Assembly: GCA_016212795.1 (NCBI GenBank)
Contig: JACRDT010000004.1
Location: forward strand, 23,812 to 87,811
DNA from: Elusimicrobiota bacterium
Lineage (GTDB): Bacteria > Elusimicrobiota > Elusimicrobia > UBA1565 > UBA9628
Reading direction: 5' to 3'
Length of the DNA: 64,000 bases
How positions within the stretch are numbered: the first letter of the stretch is position 1; each line of letters starts with the position of its first letter. The notes beneath the pieces were generated by a model. The model saw only the letters and a list, made by a program, of their open reading frames with translations, was not told the DNA's origin and ran no database searches. Shown one piece after another: positions 1 to 8,394 of this stretch. Made by a program: the position numbers and the translations under genes.

Positions 1-1
1 A

Positions 2-1687
2 CTGGGTCGGGAGCGCGAAGGTCAGGTTCTCTGCCTTGAGCACGGGGTCTTTGTGCAGGAGCGGGATGATCTTGCTCAGGGCCTTGATCTGGGCCTGGGC
101 GCTGGCGCCCGCGGCGCGAGCCTCGGCGCCCTCGGAGGCCGCCATGGCCTTATAGGTCGCGCTATGGTCCTCGTAGTGGCTGCCGGTGCGGCGGCCCTGG
201 CTGTCGTAGTCCACGACCTCCACGTTCTCGTTCTGGGAGGCCAGGAGCAGGTACATGGCGCGGCTCTTCTCATGGGAAGCCATGTCCGCCATGTCCTTAT
301 CCGCCCCTTGGGCCATCTCGACGGCGGACTTGAGCGTGCCGTCGGCCGCGCCGGTCAGGTCCTGCAGCCGGGCGAGGTGCGTCTGGTACTCCGCGTCGCG
401 ATCGGCGAGCCGGTCGGAGACCCGGCCGCGCATGGCGCCGTTGAACCTTTCGAAGGCGGCCTTCTCGGGCGCGATCTCGGAGGACTTGAACTCGGCGATG
501 TCGGAGAGGCCGCGCTTGGTCATCTCCTTGAGCCTGCCGCCGAAGAGGCCGGGCACGGTCTCATCGAAGCGGGCGACGTCCTTCTCGTACTGGGCCTGCG
601 CCGCGTCCTGCCTGCCGAGCTCGGCGCGCAGGGACTTGAGGCTCACGGCCAGGGCGCCCTCGAACTCGGAGGACTTGGCGGTGGTCTCGAGGCCCGAGAG
701 GTTCTGCTGCCAGGTCGAGGGGAGCTCGCCGCCGACCCGCTTGGAGGAGTCCTTGGAGACGGCGTTCTCGTTCATCTCGGCGCGGGCGGCCACGAGGCCG
801 TCGAAGGCGGCGAAGGTCCGGCCTTCCTTGACCGAGATGGACTTGCCGTTCGACAGCTCGATTTCCTTCTTGCCGGCGCTCTGGGCGTTGGCGACGCGCT
901 CGTCCATGCGCTTCTGCCGGCCGCGGGACTCGGTCTTGATCGCGTTGAGGGGGGCGGGGTCGTTGTCGCGGCGGGCCTTCTCCAGGGCGATGACGTCCTG
1001 GTTGCTCTTGGAGTTCTCCCAGGCGTCGTTCTTGCTCTTGCCGCGCAGCCAGAGGTAGATGCCGGTGCCGACGGCCGCCACGGCGGCCACGATGGCGATG
1101 ACGATGCCGATGGAGGCCTGCTGGGGGTTCTCGACGGGTTCCTTGACGGGGGAGGGGACTTCCCGGGTCCGCTTGGCGCCGGTGGTCTTGGAGGGCTTGC
1201 CCACCTTGGCGTCGACGCGGTCCGCCGGGATGGCGTCGCCCAGGCCCGCGACGACGGCATCCTGGGTCCGCAGCCGCTTCTCGCCGGTGTAGTGGGCTCC
1301 GAGGCCCTCGCCCGTCGGCGCCGAGCCCAGCTCGGAGCGCATCATGTCGAGAGAGGCTGAGGCGGCCGGGTTCTCGTCGGGGTTCGGCTCGGGAAGGGTT
1401 TCTCGCATGTCGGGCCCGATGACAGGCAGGCTGCCGTCGCCGTCGCCGGCCCGCTTGCCGACGGGGAGCGGCATCGGGCGGCTGTCGCCGGGGAGCCGGT
1501 CGGTCGCCGAGCCGTCGGGGAGGGCGCGGGCTCGCTCGGCGGCGAGCTGCGCCGCGTTGAGGGAGACCACGGTGGTCTTGTTGAGGGGCTGGGGACCGGC
1601 TTGCGTGAAAGCCACGGCGGGCCACGCGGAGTAATGCACGATGCAGGCGGCGAGGAAGGGTGCGACGATGCTGCGGACGGTCTTCAT
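2..1687 (-). CDS. Hypothetical exported/membrane-anchored helical protein, 3'-truncated by the window edge
   Basis: Absent from the ORF track because there is no stop in the window. Read manually: GGAGGTG SD then ATG1687, MKTVRSIVAPFLAACIVHYSAWPAVA (signal-like), internal TM IGIVIAIVAAVAAVGTGIYLWL, open with GC3-rich codons to the edge. Confidence 0.8.
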   Translation of the reverse strand, partial: MKTVRSIVAPFLAACIVHYSAWPAVAFTQAGPQPLNKTTVVSLNAAQLAAERARALPDGSATDRLPGDSRPMPLPVGKRAGDGDGSLPVIGPDMRETLPEPNPDENPAASASLDMMRSELGSAPTGEGLGAHYTGEKRLRTQDAVVAGLGDAIPADRVDAKVGKPSKTTGAKRTREVPSPVKEPVENPQQASIGIVIAIVAAVAAVGTGIYLWLRGKSKNDAWENSKSNQDVIALEKARRDNDPAPLNAIKTESRGRQKRMDERVANAQSAGKKEIELSNGKSISVKEGRTFAAFDGLVAARAEMNENAVSKDSSKRVGGELPSTWQQNLSGLETTAKSSEFEGALAVSLKSLRAELGRQDAAQAQYEKDVARFDETVPGLFGGRLKEMTKRGLSDIAEFKSSEIAPEKAAFERFNGAMRGRVSDRLADRDAEYQTHLARLQDLTGAADGTLKSAVEMAQGADKDMADMASHEKSRAMYLLLASQNENVEVVDYDSQGRRTGSHYEDHSATYKAMAASEGAEARAAGASAQAQIKALSKIIPLLHKDPVLKAENLTFALPTQ

Positions 1688-1856
1688 TCGAGTCACCTCC
1701 GGAGCACAGATTGTATCACCGGCCCCCGGAGGGGGGCATGAGCGGGAGGGCCCATCGCCGTGGAGGAATACGGCCCGGGCCCGTCTGAGCCATCGAGGAA
1801 CCGGCAGGGCCCAGGGGGGCGGGCCCGCGGGATGGGCCCATGGGCCTACCTGCGCG

Positions 1857-2636
1857 CTACTTGATGTGGAGCCGCTGGGGGTCGAGCTTCTCGCGCAGGA
1901 GGCGGATCTCGGCGGCCGACGGGAGGTCCACGCCGCCCAGCGGCTCGGCCACGGCCAGGGGCCAGCCGATGTTCTCCCGGACCTTGTCGACGGTGACGCC
2001 CGGGTAGATGGCCGTGAGGACGAGCTCGCCGGTCTTGGCGTCGGGCTCGAGGATGCCCATGTCCGTGATGACCTTCGTGGGGCCCCGGCCGGGGACGGCG
2101 ACCCCGCCGCGCTCTGCGCCCCGGGGCCGGGTGCCGGGGCTCGTGATGTAGTCCACCTTCTCGAGGAAGGTGCGCTTGGAGAGCTTCATCACGATGAGCA
2201 CGCGCTGGGCGTGGATGGCGATCTCGCAGGCCCCGCCCGAGCCCGGCAGGCGGACCTTGGGCGCCTTGTAGGGGCCGACCACGGTGGTGTTGATGTTGCC
2301 GTAGCGGTCGAGCTGGGCGCCGCCCAGGAAGCCGACCTGGATCTTGCCGTTCTGGAGGATGAGCTGGAAGACGTCGGACATGCCGCAGACCATGAGCGAG
2401 CCCGTGACCAGGGCCGGGTCGCCGATGGAGGGGGGGACCCGGTCGGGGACCGCGCCAACCGCGCCGGACTCGTAGATGAGGACGAGGTTGGGGGCGTGCG
2501 TGGCGCGCGCCAGGTTGCAGGCGAGGTTCGGCAGGCCGATCCCGACGAAGATGACCTCGCCGTCCTTGATCTCCCGGCTGGCCTGTACCGTCATGAGCTC
2601 GGCCAGGGTGTAGTCCGCCGCGGTCTCAATAGCCAT
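1857..2636 (-). CDS. Family I CoA-transferase beta subunit (GctB/PcaJ-like)
   Basis: VFVGIGLP-like start, LIYESG, FLGGAQLDRYGNIN, RLPGSGGA motifs. Confidence 0.9.
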   Translation of the reverse strand: MAIETAADYTLAELMTVQASREIKDGEVIFVGIGLPNLACNLARATHAPNLVLIYESGAVGAVPDRVPPSIGDPALVTGSLMVCGMSDVFQLILQNGKIQVGFLGGAQLDRYGNINTTVVGPYKAPKVRLPGSGGACEIAIHAQRVLIVMKLSKRTFLEKVDYITSPGTRPRGAERGGVAVPGRGPTKVITDMGILEPDAKTGELVLTAIYPGVTVDKVRENIGWPLAVAEPLGGVDLPSAAEIRLLREKLDPQRLHIK

Positions 2637-3531
2637 AGTCCACCCCCGCGCACACGGAAGGCTTGGCCTTGAGGCGCCCGGCCAAGGCCGCGTTCTTCGC
2701 CATGTACTCGGCGCGGTCCTTCACGCCGTGCACGAACTCGTTGAGATAGCTCGCGAGGGACGCTTCGTCCCTCGCGATGCCGTCCCATTTCACATAGAAG
2801 TCGTTATCCCTGTCGTAATAGCCTTGCGCGTAGGAGGGATGCGCCCCCCACGGCTCGTGGACCACGGCGTCCACCTGGAACCCCGGGATCAGGGTGCGGT
2901 TGGGGTCGGAGCGGATGACGGCCTCGTCCACGATCTCCTCGACCGCCACGATGACGCGCTTGGAGGCGAAGGCGGCCTCCTTCTGGACGCCCATCAGCCC
3001 CCAGATCTGGGTGTTGCCGCTGGCGTCGGCCCTCTGGGCGTGGATGATGGTGACATCGGGCCGCAGGCCAGGCACCGTGGCGAGCTTCTCGCCGGTGTAG
3101 GGGCACGCCACCGTCTTGATGAGGGGGTTCGAGGAGGGGATGTCGGCCCCGGTGTAGTTGCGCATGGGCCAGAACGGCAGGTTCGCCGCGCCGGCCGCCA
3201 TCCGGGCGACCATGCCGAAGTGGGAGTACTCCTCGATCTCGAGCCGCGGAGGCTGAGCCTCCACGGCTCGACGGAAGGCGTGCAGGGAGCCTATCCCCGG
3301 GTTGCCGGCCCAGGAGAAGATCAGCTTCTTGGCGCAGCCGGCCGCGATCATCTGGTCGTAGATGAGGTCGGGGGTCAGCCGGGCCAGGGTGAGCCCCTTG
3401 CGGCCCTGGCGGATGATCTCGTGCCCGGCGGCAAAGCAAATGAGGTGCGTGAAGCCCTCGATGACCGCCGTGTCGCCGTCGTGGACGAACCGGGCGACGG
3501 CCTCCTTCATGCTGAGGAGCTTGCCGCTCAT
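2626..3531 (-). CDS. Family I CoA-transferase alpha subunit (GctA/PcaI-like)
   Basis: True start MSGKLLSMKEAVARFVHDGD (ATG3531 overlaps upstream stop); PDVTIIHAQRAD..GN and PWGAHPS..QGYYDRD motifs. Confidence 0.9.
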   Translation of the reverse strand: MSGKLLSMKEAVARFVHDGDTAVIEGFTHLICFAAGHEIIRQGRKGLTLARLTPDLIYDQMIAAGCAKKLIFSWAGNPGIGSLHAFRRAVEAQPPRLEIEEYSHFGMVARMAAGAANLPFWPMRNYTGADIPSSNPLIKTVACPYTGEKLATVPGLRPDVTIIHAQRADASGNTQIWGLMGVQKEAAFASKRVIVAVEEIVDEAVIRSDPNRTLIPGFQVDAVVHEPWGAHPSYAQGYYDRDNDFYVKWDGIARDEASLASYLNEFVHGVKDRAEYMAKNAALAGRLKAKPSVCAGVDYGY

Positions 3532-4844
3532 CGGGAGAGCTCCGTGAGGCAGTCGTCCAGGATGGAGAGCCCGGTGTCCGCGTCGTAGTCCGTGAGCACC
3601 AGCGGCGGGGCGATGCGGATCGTGGATCTGCCGCAGGAGAGCAGGAGCAGCCCCTTGCCGAAGGCCGTCTGCTCGAGCTTCTCGACTAGCTCGGAGGCCG
3701 GCTCCTTGGTCCGGCGGTCCTTGACGAACTCGACGCCGATCATGAGGCCCTGCCCGCGCACGTCGCCGATGCAGGGGTGCTTGCGCTGCAGCCTGAGGAG
3801 GCCGCTCGTGAGCCGCTCGCCGATGCGGCGGGCGTTGGCCATGCCCTCCGACTCGACGACGTCGAGCGTGGCCAGCGCCGCGGCGCAGCAGACCGGGTTG
3901 CCGCCGAAGGTCGAGCCGTGGGTCCCGCGGGGCCAGGTCATGACGCTCTCCTTGGCGACGATGGCCCCGATGGGCATGCCGGAGCCCAGCCCCTTGGCGG
4001 TGAGCAGGATGTCGGGCTCGACGCCCGGGTGCTCGCAGGCCCACCACTTGCCGGTGCGGCCCACGCCGGACTGGATCTCGTCGAAGACGAGCAGGATGCC
4101 GTGCTCGTCGCAGAACCTGCGCCACCACCGCACGAACTCGGGCCTGGGGAAGACGTAGCCGCCCTCGCCGAGCACGGGCTCCATGAAGACCGCCGCGACG
4201 TCCTTGGGGGAGACCTTCTTCTCGAAGAGGTCCATGGCGCCCGAAAGGCCGTCGACGCCGCGGTAGGGGTTGTCGTAGGGCAGGTGGCTGACCTCGGGCA
4301 GGAGCGGCCCGAAGCCGGCCCGGTACTTTACCTTGCTGGCGGTAAGCGTTATGGCCGCGTAGCTCCTGCCGTGGAACGCCCCCTGGAAGGCCAGGAGGTG
4401 CGGCCGGCGCGTGTGGTAGCGGGCGAGCTTGACGGCGCCCTCGACGGCCTCGGTGCCGGAGTTGGTCAGGAACACGCGCTTCTTGTCCTTGCCGGGCGCG
4501 ATCTTGGCCAGCCGTTCGCACAAGGCCGACATGCTCTCGTAGAAGAAATCCGTGCCGCAGATGTGCAGGAACCGTCCGGCGGCCTCCTGGACCGCGGCCA
4601 CGACCTTGGGGTGGTTGTAGCCGGTGGAGGAGACGGCGATCCCGGCCATGAAGTCGATGTACCGGTTGCCGTCGGCGTCCTCGACCATGGCCCCCTTGCC
4701 GCCGGTGACGGCGAGGGGGTAGGCCTTGATGTAGGACGGCGAGCTCCAGGCGCGGTCCTGGGCGATGATGCGGCTGGCCTTGGGGCCGGGAGGGGTGACG
4801 CGGATGCGGGGGTAGTCGTTCTTGGTCATGGTCTTGGTCGGCAT
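3528..4844 (-). CDS. Class III PLP aminotransferase (4-aminobutyrate/acetylornithine-like)
   Basis: NSGTEAVEGA, AFHGRS, EPVLGEGG, FDEIQSGVGRTG, AKGLGSG, HGSTFGGNP; start at MPTKT after SD. Confidence 0.9.
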   Translation of the reverse strand: MPTKTMTKNDYPRIRVTPPGPKASRIIAQDRAWSSPSYIKAYPLAVTGGKGAMVEDADGNRYIDFMAGIAVSSTGYNHPKVVAAVQEAAGRFLHICGTDFFYESMSALCERLAKIAPGKDKKRVFLTNSGTEAVEGAVKLARYHTRRPHLLAFQGAFHGRSYAAITLTASKVKYRAGFGPLLPEVSHLPYDNPYRGVDGLSGAMDLFEKKVSPKDVAAVFMEPVLGEGGYVFPRPEFVRWWRRFCDEHGILLVFDEIQSGVGRTGKWWACEHPGVEPDILLTAKGLGSGMPIGAIVAKESVMTWPRGTHGSTFGGNPVCCAAALATLDVVESEGMANARRIGERLTSGLLRLQRKHPCIGDVRGQGLMIGVEFVKDRRTKEPASELVEKLEQTAFGKGLLLLSCGRSTIRIAPPLVLTDYDADTGLSILDDCLTELSR

Positions 4845-4855
4845 GGCGCGGCTCC

Positions 4856-6217
4856 CTACGATTTCTCCGCCAGGTGGTCGAGCGTCTTGTCGAGGGCGTT
4901 CTCGAAGAGCGAGACGAGCTGGCGAATCTCCTCCTCGGTGATGGTGAACGGCGGCGCGATCATGACGAGGTCGCCGTTCACCCCGTCGGCGTGCCCGACG
5001 TTGGGCCACACGACGAGCCCGTTGTCCTGCGCGAACTCGACGAACGTCTCGGCGAACTTGAGCTCCCGCGGGTGGGGGGTCTTCTTCTTGGCGTCGGCGA
5101 CGAACTCCACCGCGTGGAGCATGCCGATGCCCCGGACGTCGCCCACCCCGTGGAGGGACCGGAGCACCGAAAGGTGGCGCTGCAGCGCCTTGCCGGTCTT
5201 GGCCGCCATGGCCACCAGGCTGTGCTTCTTGATGTAGCGGACCGCGGCCAGGCCGGCGGCGCAGGAGGTCGGGGTGTGGGAGAAGGTCTGGGCGTGCAAG
5301 AGCTTGCCCGAGCCCTTGGCCAGGGGCCCGATGATCCTCTCCGACGTCACCACGGCCGAGAGGGGGACGTACCCGCCGCTGAGCCCCTTGCCCAGGACCA
5401 TGATGTCAGGGACGACGCCGAAGTGTTCGATGCCGACCCATTTGCCGGTCCGGCCCGCGCCCGTGAGGACCTCGTCGTCGATCAACAGGACCTCGTGGCG
5501 GTCGCAGATCTCCCGGACCCGGCGGTAGTAGTCGGGCCGGGGCACCGAGGCGCCGGTGGAGGAGCCTCCGATGGGCTCGGCGATGAAGGCGGCGACCGTG
5601 CCGGCCCCCTCCTCTTCGATGACCTTCTCGAGGATTGAGCCCGAGCAGACCGGGCAGGCCGCCTTGCCGTTGCAGGGGCAGCGGTAGGGGTAGGGGGCCG
5701 GGATCAGCGGGACCCGGACCAGCCACGGCTCGAAGAGCTTCTTGTAGTGGCCGCGCGCCGACGTCGAGAGGGCCAGGAGCGTGTTGCCGTGGTAGCCCGG
5801 GTTCTGGGAAATGATCTTGTGCTTGCCGGGCTTGCCGGTCTCGACCCAGTACTGGCGGGCGAGCTTGAGCGCCGCCTCGACTGCCTCCGAGCCGCTCCCG
5901 AGGAAATAGGAGTAGCCCAGGCCCTCCGGGTTGAGCTCGACCAACTCCTGGGCGAGCTCCTCGGTCGGCTCGCTGGTGAACGCGGTGCCGTTGACGTAGG
6001 CGATGCGCCCCGCCTGGTGGCCGATGGCGTCGGCGATCTCGCGCACCCCGTGGCCGATGTTGACCGTGAAGGCGCCCCCGGAGGCGTCCAGGTAGCGCTT
6101 CCCCTTATCGTCGAAGATCCAGCAGCCCTCGCCGCAGACGATCTTCGGGAACCTCTTGGTGAGGCTGCGGTAGAACACCGGGCTGGCCGGGAAGCGGCAA
6201 TCGGTCGCCGGAGCCAT
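4856..6217 (-). CDS. Class III PLP aminotransferase (BioA/putrescine/beta-alanine-type)
   Basis: SGSEAVEAALK, YHGNT, DEVLTGAGRTG, LGKGLSGGY motifs. Confidence 0.9.
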   Translation of the reverse strand: MAPATDCRFPASPVFYRSLTKRFPKIVCGEGCWIFDDKGKRYLDASGGAFTVNIGHGVREIADAIGHQAGRIAYVNGTAFTSEPTEELAQELVELNPEGLGYSYFLGSGSEAVEAALKLARQYWVETGKPGKHKIISQNPGYHGNTLLALSTSARGHYKKLFEPWLVRVPLIPAPYPYRCPCNGKAACPVCSGSILEKVIEEEGAGTVAAFIAEPIGGSSTGASVPRPDYYRRVREICDRHEVLLIDDEVLTGAGRTGKWVGIEHFGVVPDIMVLGKGLSGGYVPLSAVVTSERIIGPLAKGSGKLLHAQTFSHTPTSCAAGLAAVRYIKKHSLVAMAAKTGKALQRHLSVLRSLHGVGDVRGIGMLHAVEFVADAKKKTPHPRELKFAETFVEFAQDNGLVVWPNVGHADGVNGDLVMIAPPFTITEEEIRQLVSLFENALDKTLDHLAEKS

Positions 6218-6251
6218 GACGAAATTGTAGCAATTTGGGCGCGGCGGGCCG

Positions 6252-7598
6252 TCAATGCTGTTTCCAGTTGACGAGCAGGGCCTTCTCCGGCAGTCCAGGG
6301 GGCGGGAACGAGCGCAGGTTCGCGTCGTAATTCAGGCTTCTCCCGCCCGTGAAGCCGCTCACCGATATCCCCTGGGTGCGCACGCCATAGAGCCAGAATA
6401 CCCTTCCGGTGGAGCCTGACAGGCTCATGTTGGTGGTGCCCTGCTCCACGAAATAGACCCCTACGACCAGCAGGTTCGCCCCCGTCTTTGAGAAGGTGGC
6501 GCAGTTGCGCGCCAGCGCGGCGAAGGACTGGTTGGGCCCCGCCGAGATGGAGCTGGCGCCGACATAATAGAGGTTGTCGTTCACGATGACCCGCCCCGCG
6601 GCCGACCCGCAATTGCCCGCCGCCGCCGCTCCTGCGACCACCGTGACGCGCCCGCTCACGACGCCCCTGACAGTGAGGTTGCAGTTCTCGCCGTAGATGA
6701 TGGCGCCCTGGGCCGGGATGGCGTAGGTCGCCCCTCCCACCACGGTGAACGTGCCGGTGGAGTTGAACACGATCGTCTGGGCCGCGGTCGCCTTGTAGGT
6801 GTAGTGCGCGTCGTAGTAGGAGAAGTCGAGGGTGGGCCAGGCGACGTCGGGGACGTAGTTGTACCTCTGCCCGAGCACCGTCACGCTCCCGAAGCTGGAG
6901 CCGCTGTAGTAGAGGTCGCCGTCGATGACCACCGAAGCGGCTCCCGCAAGGTTCCCTCTGACGACCACGGGGCCGCCGTTGAAGCGGACGTTGGCTCCCG
7001 TGACGGTCAGGTTGCCGTTGGTGTAGAAGCCGCCGTCGTAAGTGACGTTCGAGGCGCCGATGGCGAAGGCCCCGTTGATCATGGTGCCGTACTGCACCAG
7101 GTCCGAGGAGAACTGCACGAGCGCCTCGAGGATCCGGGTGGTCAGGGGCCTGGCCTCGGTCCCGTAGACTCCTGTCGCCTTGACGTGCAGCGTGCGGTTG
7201 ACCTCGTCGGGGATGAAGGTCACGGTGGAGTAGCCGGCGGAGTAGAAGGACTCGGGCCGGCTGAGCGCGTCCGTATCGTAGTGCCCGCCGTAGGCGTTCT
7301 GGGAGAACTGGCGGAAGTAGTCCGACACCGCGCCGTTGGCCAGCGCCGAGGCCGTCTTCTGGCGCCTCTCGGCGACCGCGGACCTGAGGAGCACGCTCAC
7401 CTGCTGGTAGAAATAGAGTCCGATGGGCAGGGCCACGAGCATGACGACCAGGGCCATGACGAAGGCCTGGCCGCGCCCGACGTTCCTGGCGCGGACGTGC
7501 CGCCTCCGCTTGACATGGGGAGCGGCCTGGCCCCTGCGTCCCCTGTCACCTCTATGGGCAGCGGGAGTTCTTGAGCGGCAGCAATGGAGGATAGACAT
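6252..7598 (-). CDS. PilX/pseudopilin-like protein with beta-rich C-terminal domain
   Basis: RGQAFVMALVVMLVALPIGLY pilin-like leader and TM; C-terminal YDANL...PPPG tail. Start uncertain. Confidence 0.65.
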   Translation of the reverse strand: MSILHCCRSRTPAAHRGDRGRRGQAAPHVKRRRHVRARNVGRGQAFVMALVVMLVALPIGLYFYQQVSVLLRSAVAERRQKTASALANGAVSDYFRQFSQNAYGGHYDTDALSRPESFYSAGYSTVTFIPDEVNRTLHVKATGVYGTEARPLTTRILEALVQFSSDLVQYGTMINGAFAIGASNVTYDGGFYTNGNLTVTGANVRFNGGPVVVRGNLAGAASVVIDGDLYYSGSSFGSVTVLGQRYNYVPDVAWPTLDFSYYDAHYTYKATAAQTIVFNSTGTFTVVGGATYAIPAQGAIIYGENCNLTVRGVVSGRVTVVAGAAAAGNCGSAAGRVIVNDNLYYVGASSISAGPNQSFAALARNCATFSKTGANLLVVGVYFVEQGTTNMSLSGSTGRVFWLYGVRTQGISVSGFTGGRSLNYDANLRSFPPPGLPEKALLVNWKQH

Positions 7599-8394
7599 CG
7601 GTTTCCACCGTGTAGTCGGTCTTCGCGTCGCGGAATTTGTCCAGCCCGACCTTGAGCCTCAACGACGTGATGTAGCGCCGTTCGTTCTTGAGGTCCAGGC
7701 CCCCGCTGCGGTTGCCCATGCCGGCGGCGGCTGGGACCCAGTCCATCTCCCTGGCCGTGACGATGCCGTCGTTCTCGCCGCCGTCGCCGGTGCCCGAGAC
7801 GCCGTCGTCGCCAAGATCGATGCTCTTGCCCAGGTCGTTGGCCTTGTTGCCGAAATAGGTGAGCATGAACGTCGAGATGTTGACGGCGAGCTTCTCCTTG
7901 CTGATTCCCCAAGCGGCCCCGTTGGTGCTGCTTTCGAGCCAGAGCGTGGATCCCTCGAGGTAGATGCGGCGCGCCTCGTCGAGGGCGGCGTCGCCGTCCT
8001 CGTCGTCGTCGCACAGGTTGAACCCGATGCGCCACTGGTTGGCGGCCGCCGCCAGTTGGCTGGCGTCCCCGTCGCGGTCCCCGTCCCTTTCATTGGGGAT
8101 GCCGTCGCCGTCCAAGTCCGCGCCGGGGTCGTAGCTCCGGCGTTGGTCCATGTCCACGACGAACTCCACGAAGGTGGACGACGCCACCCTGACCTCGCCG
8201 GCGTGGACCAGGGCACGCTCGATCTTGGCCAGGGCTTGGCGGGTCTCTTCCTGGGACCAGGCCTGGGACTGGACCGAGACCGTGGACTTCATGACGTATT
8301 TGAGCATGGAGGCGAAGCCCGCGCAGAGCACGGCCATGATGGCCATGCCGAGCACGACCTCCTGCAGGCTGAAGCCTCGCTCGCCGTTCTTCAT
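7552..8394 (-). CDS. Prepilin-type N-terminal cleavage/methylation protein with DxDGDG Ca-binding-like motifs
   Basis: MKNGERG|FSLQEVVLGMAIM class III signal peptide; DLDGDG, DGDRDGD, DDDEDGD motifs; ATGA overlap with upstream gene. Confidence 0.85.
   Translation of the reverse strand: MKNGERGFSLQEVVLGMAIMAVLCAGFASMLKYVMKSTVSVQSQAWSQEETRQALAKIERALVHAGEVRVASSTFVEFVVDMDQRRSYDPGADLDGDGIPNERDGDRDGDASQLAAAANQWRIGFNLCDDDEDGDAALDEARRIYLEGSTLWLESSTNGAAWGISKEKLAVNISTFMLTYFGNKANDLGKSIDLGDDGVSGTGDGGENDGIVTAREMDWVPAAAGMGNRSGGLDLKNERRYITSLRLKVGLDKFRDAKTDYTVETDVYPPLLPLKNSRCP

Noticed and set aside
53-1625. Long ORFs 53..1360(+), 255..1058(+), 561..1625(-) and similar Arg/Pro/Gly-rich ORFs throughout the window
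   Set aside because: Antisense or off-frame shadows of real genes in high-GC DNA; no motifs
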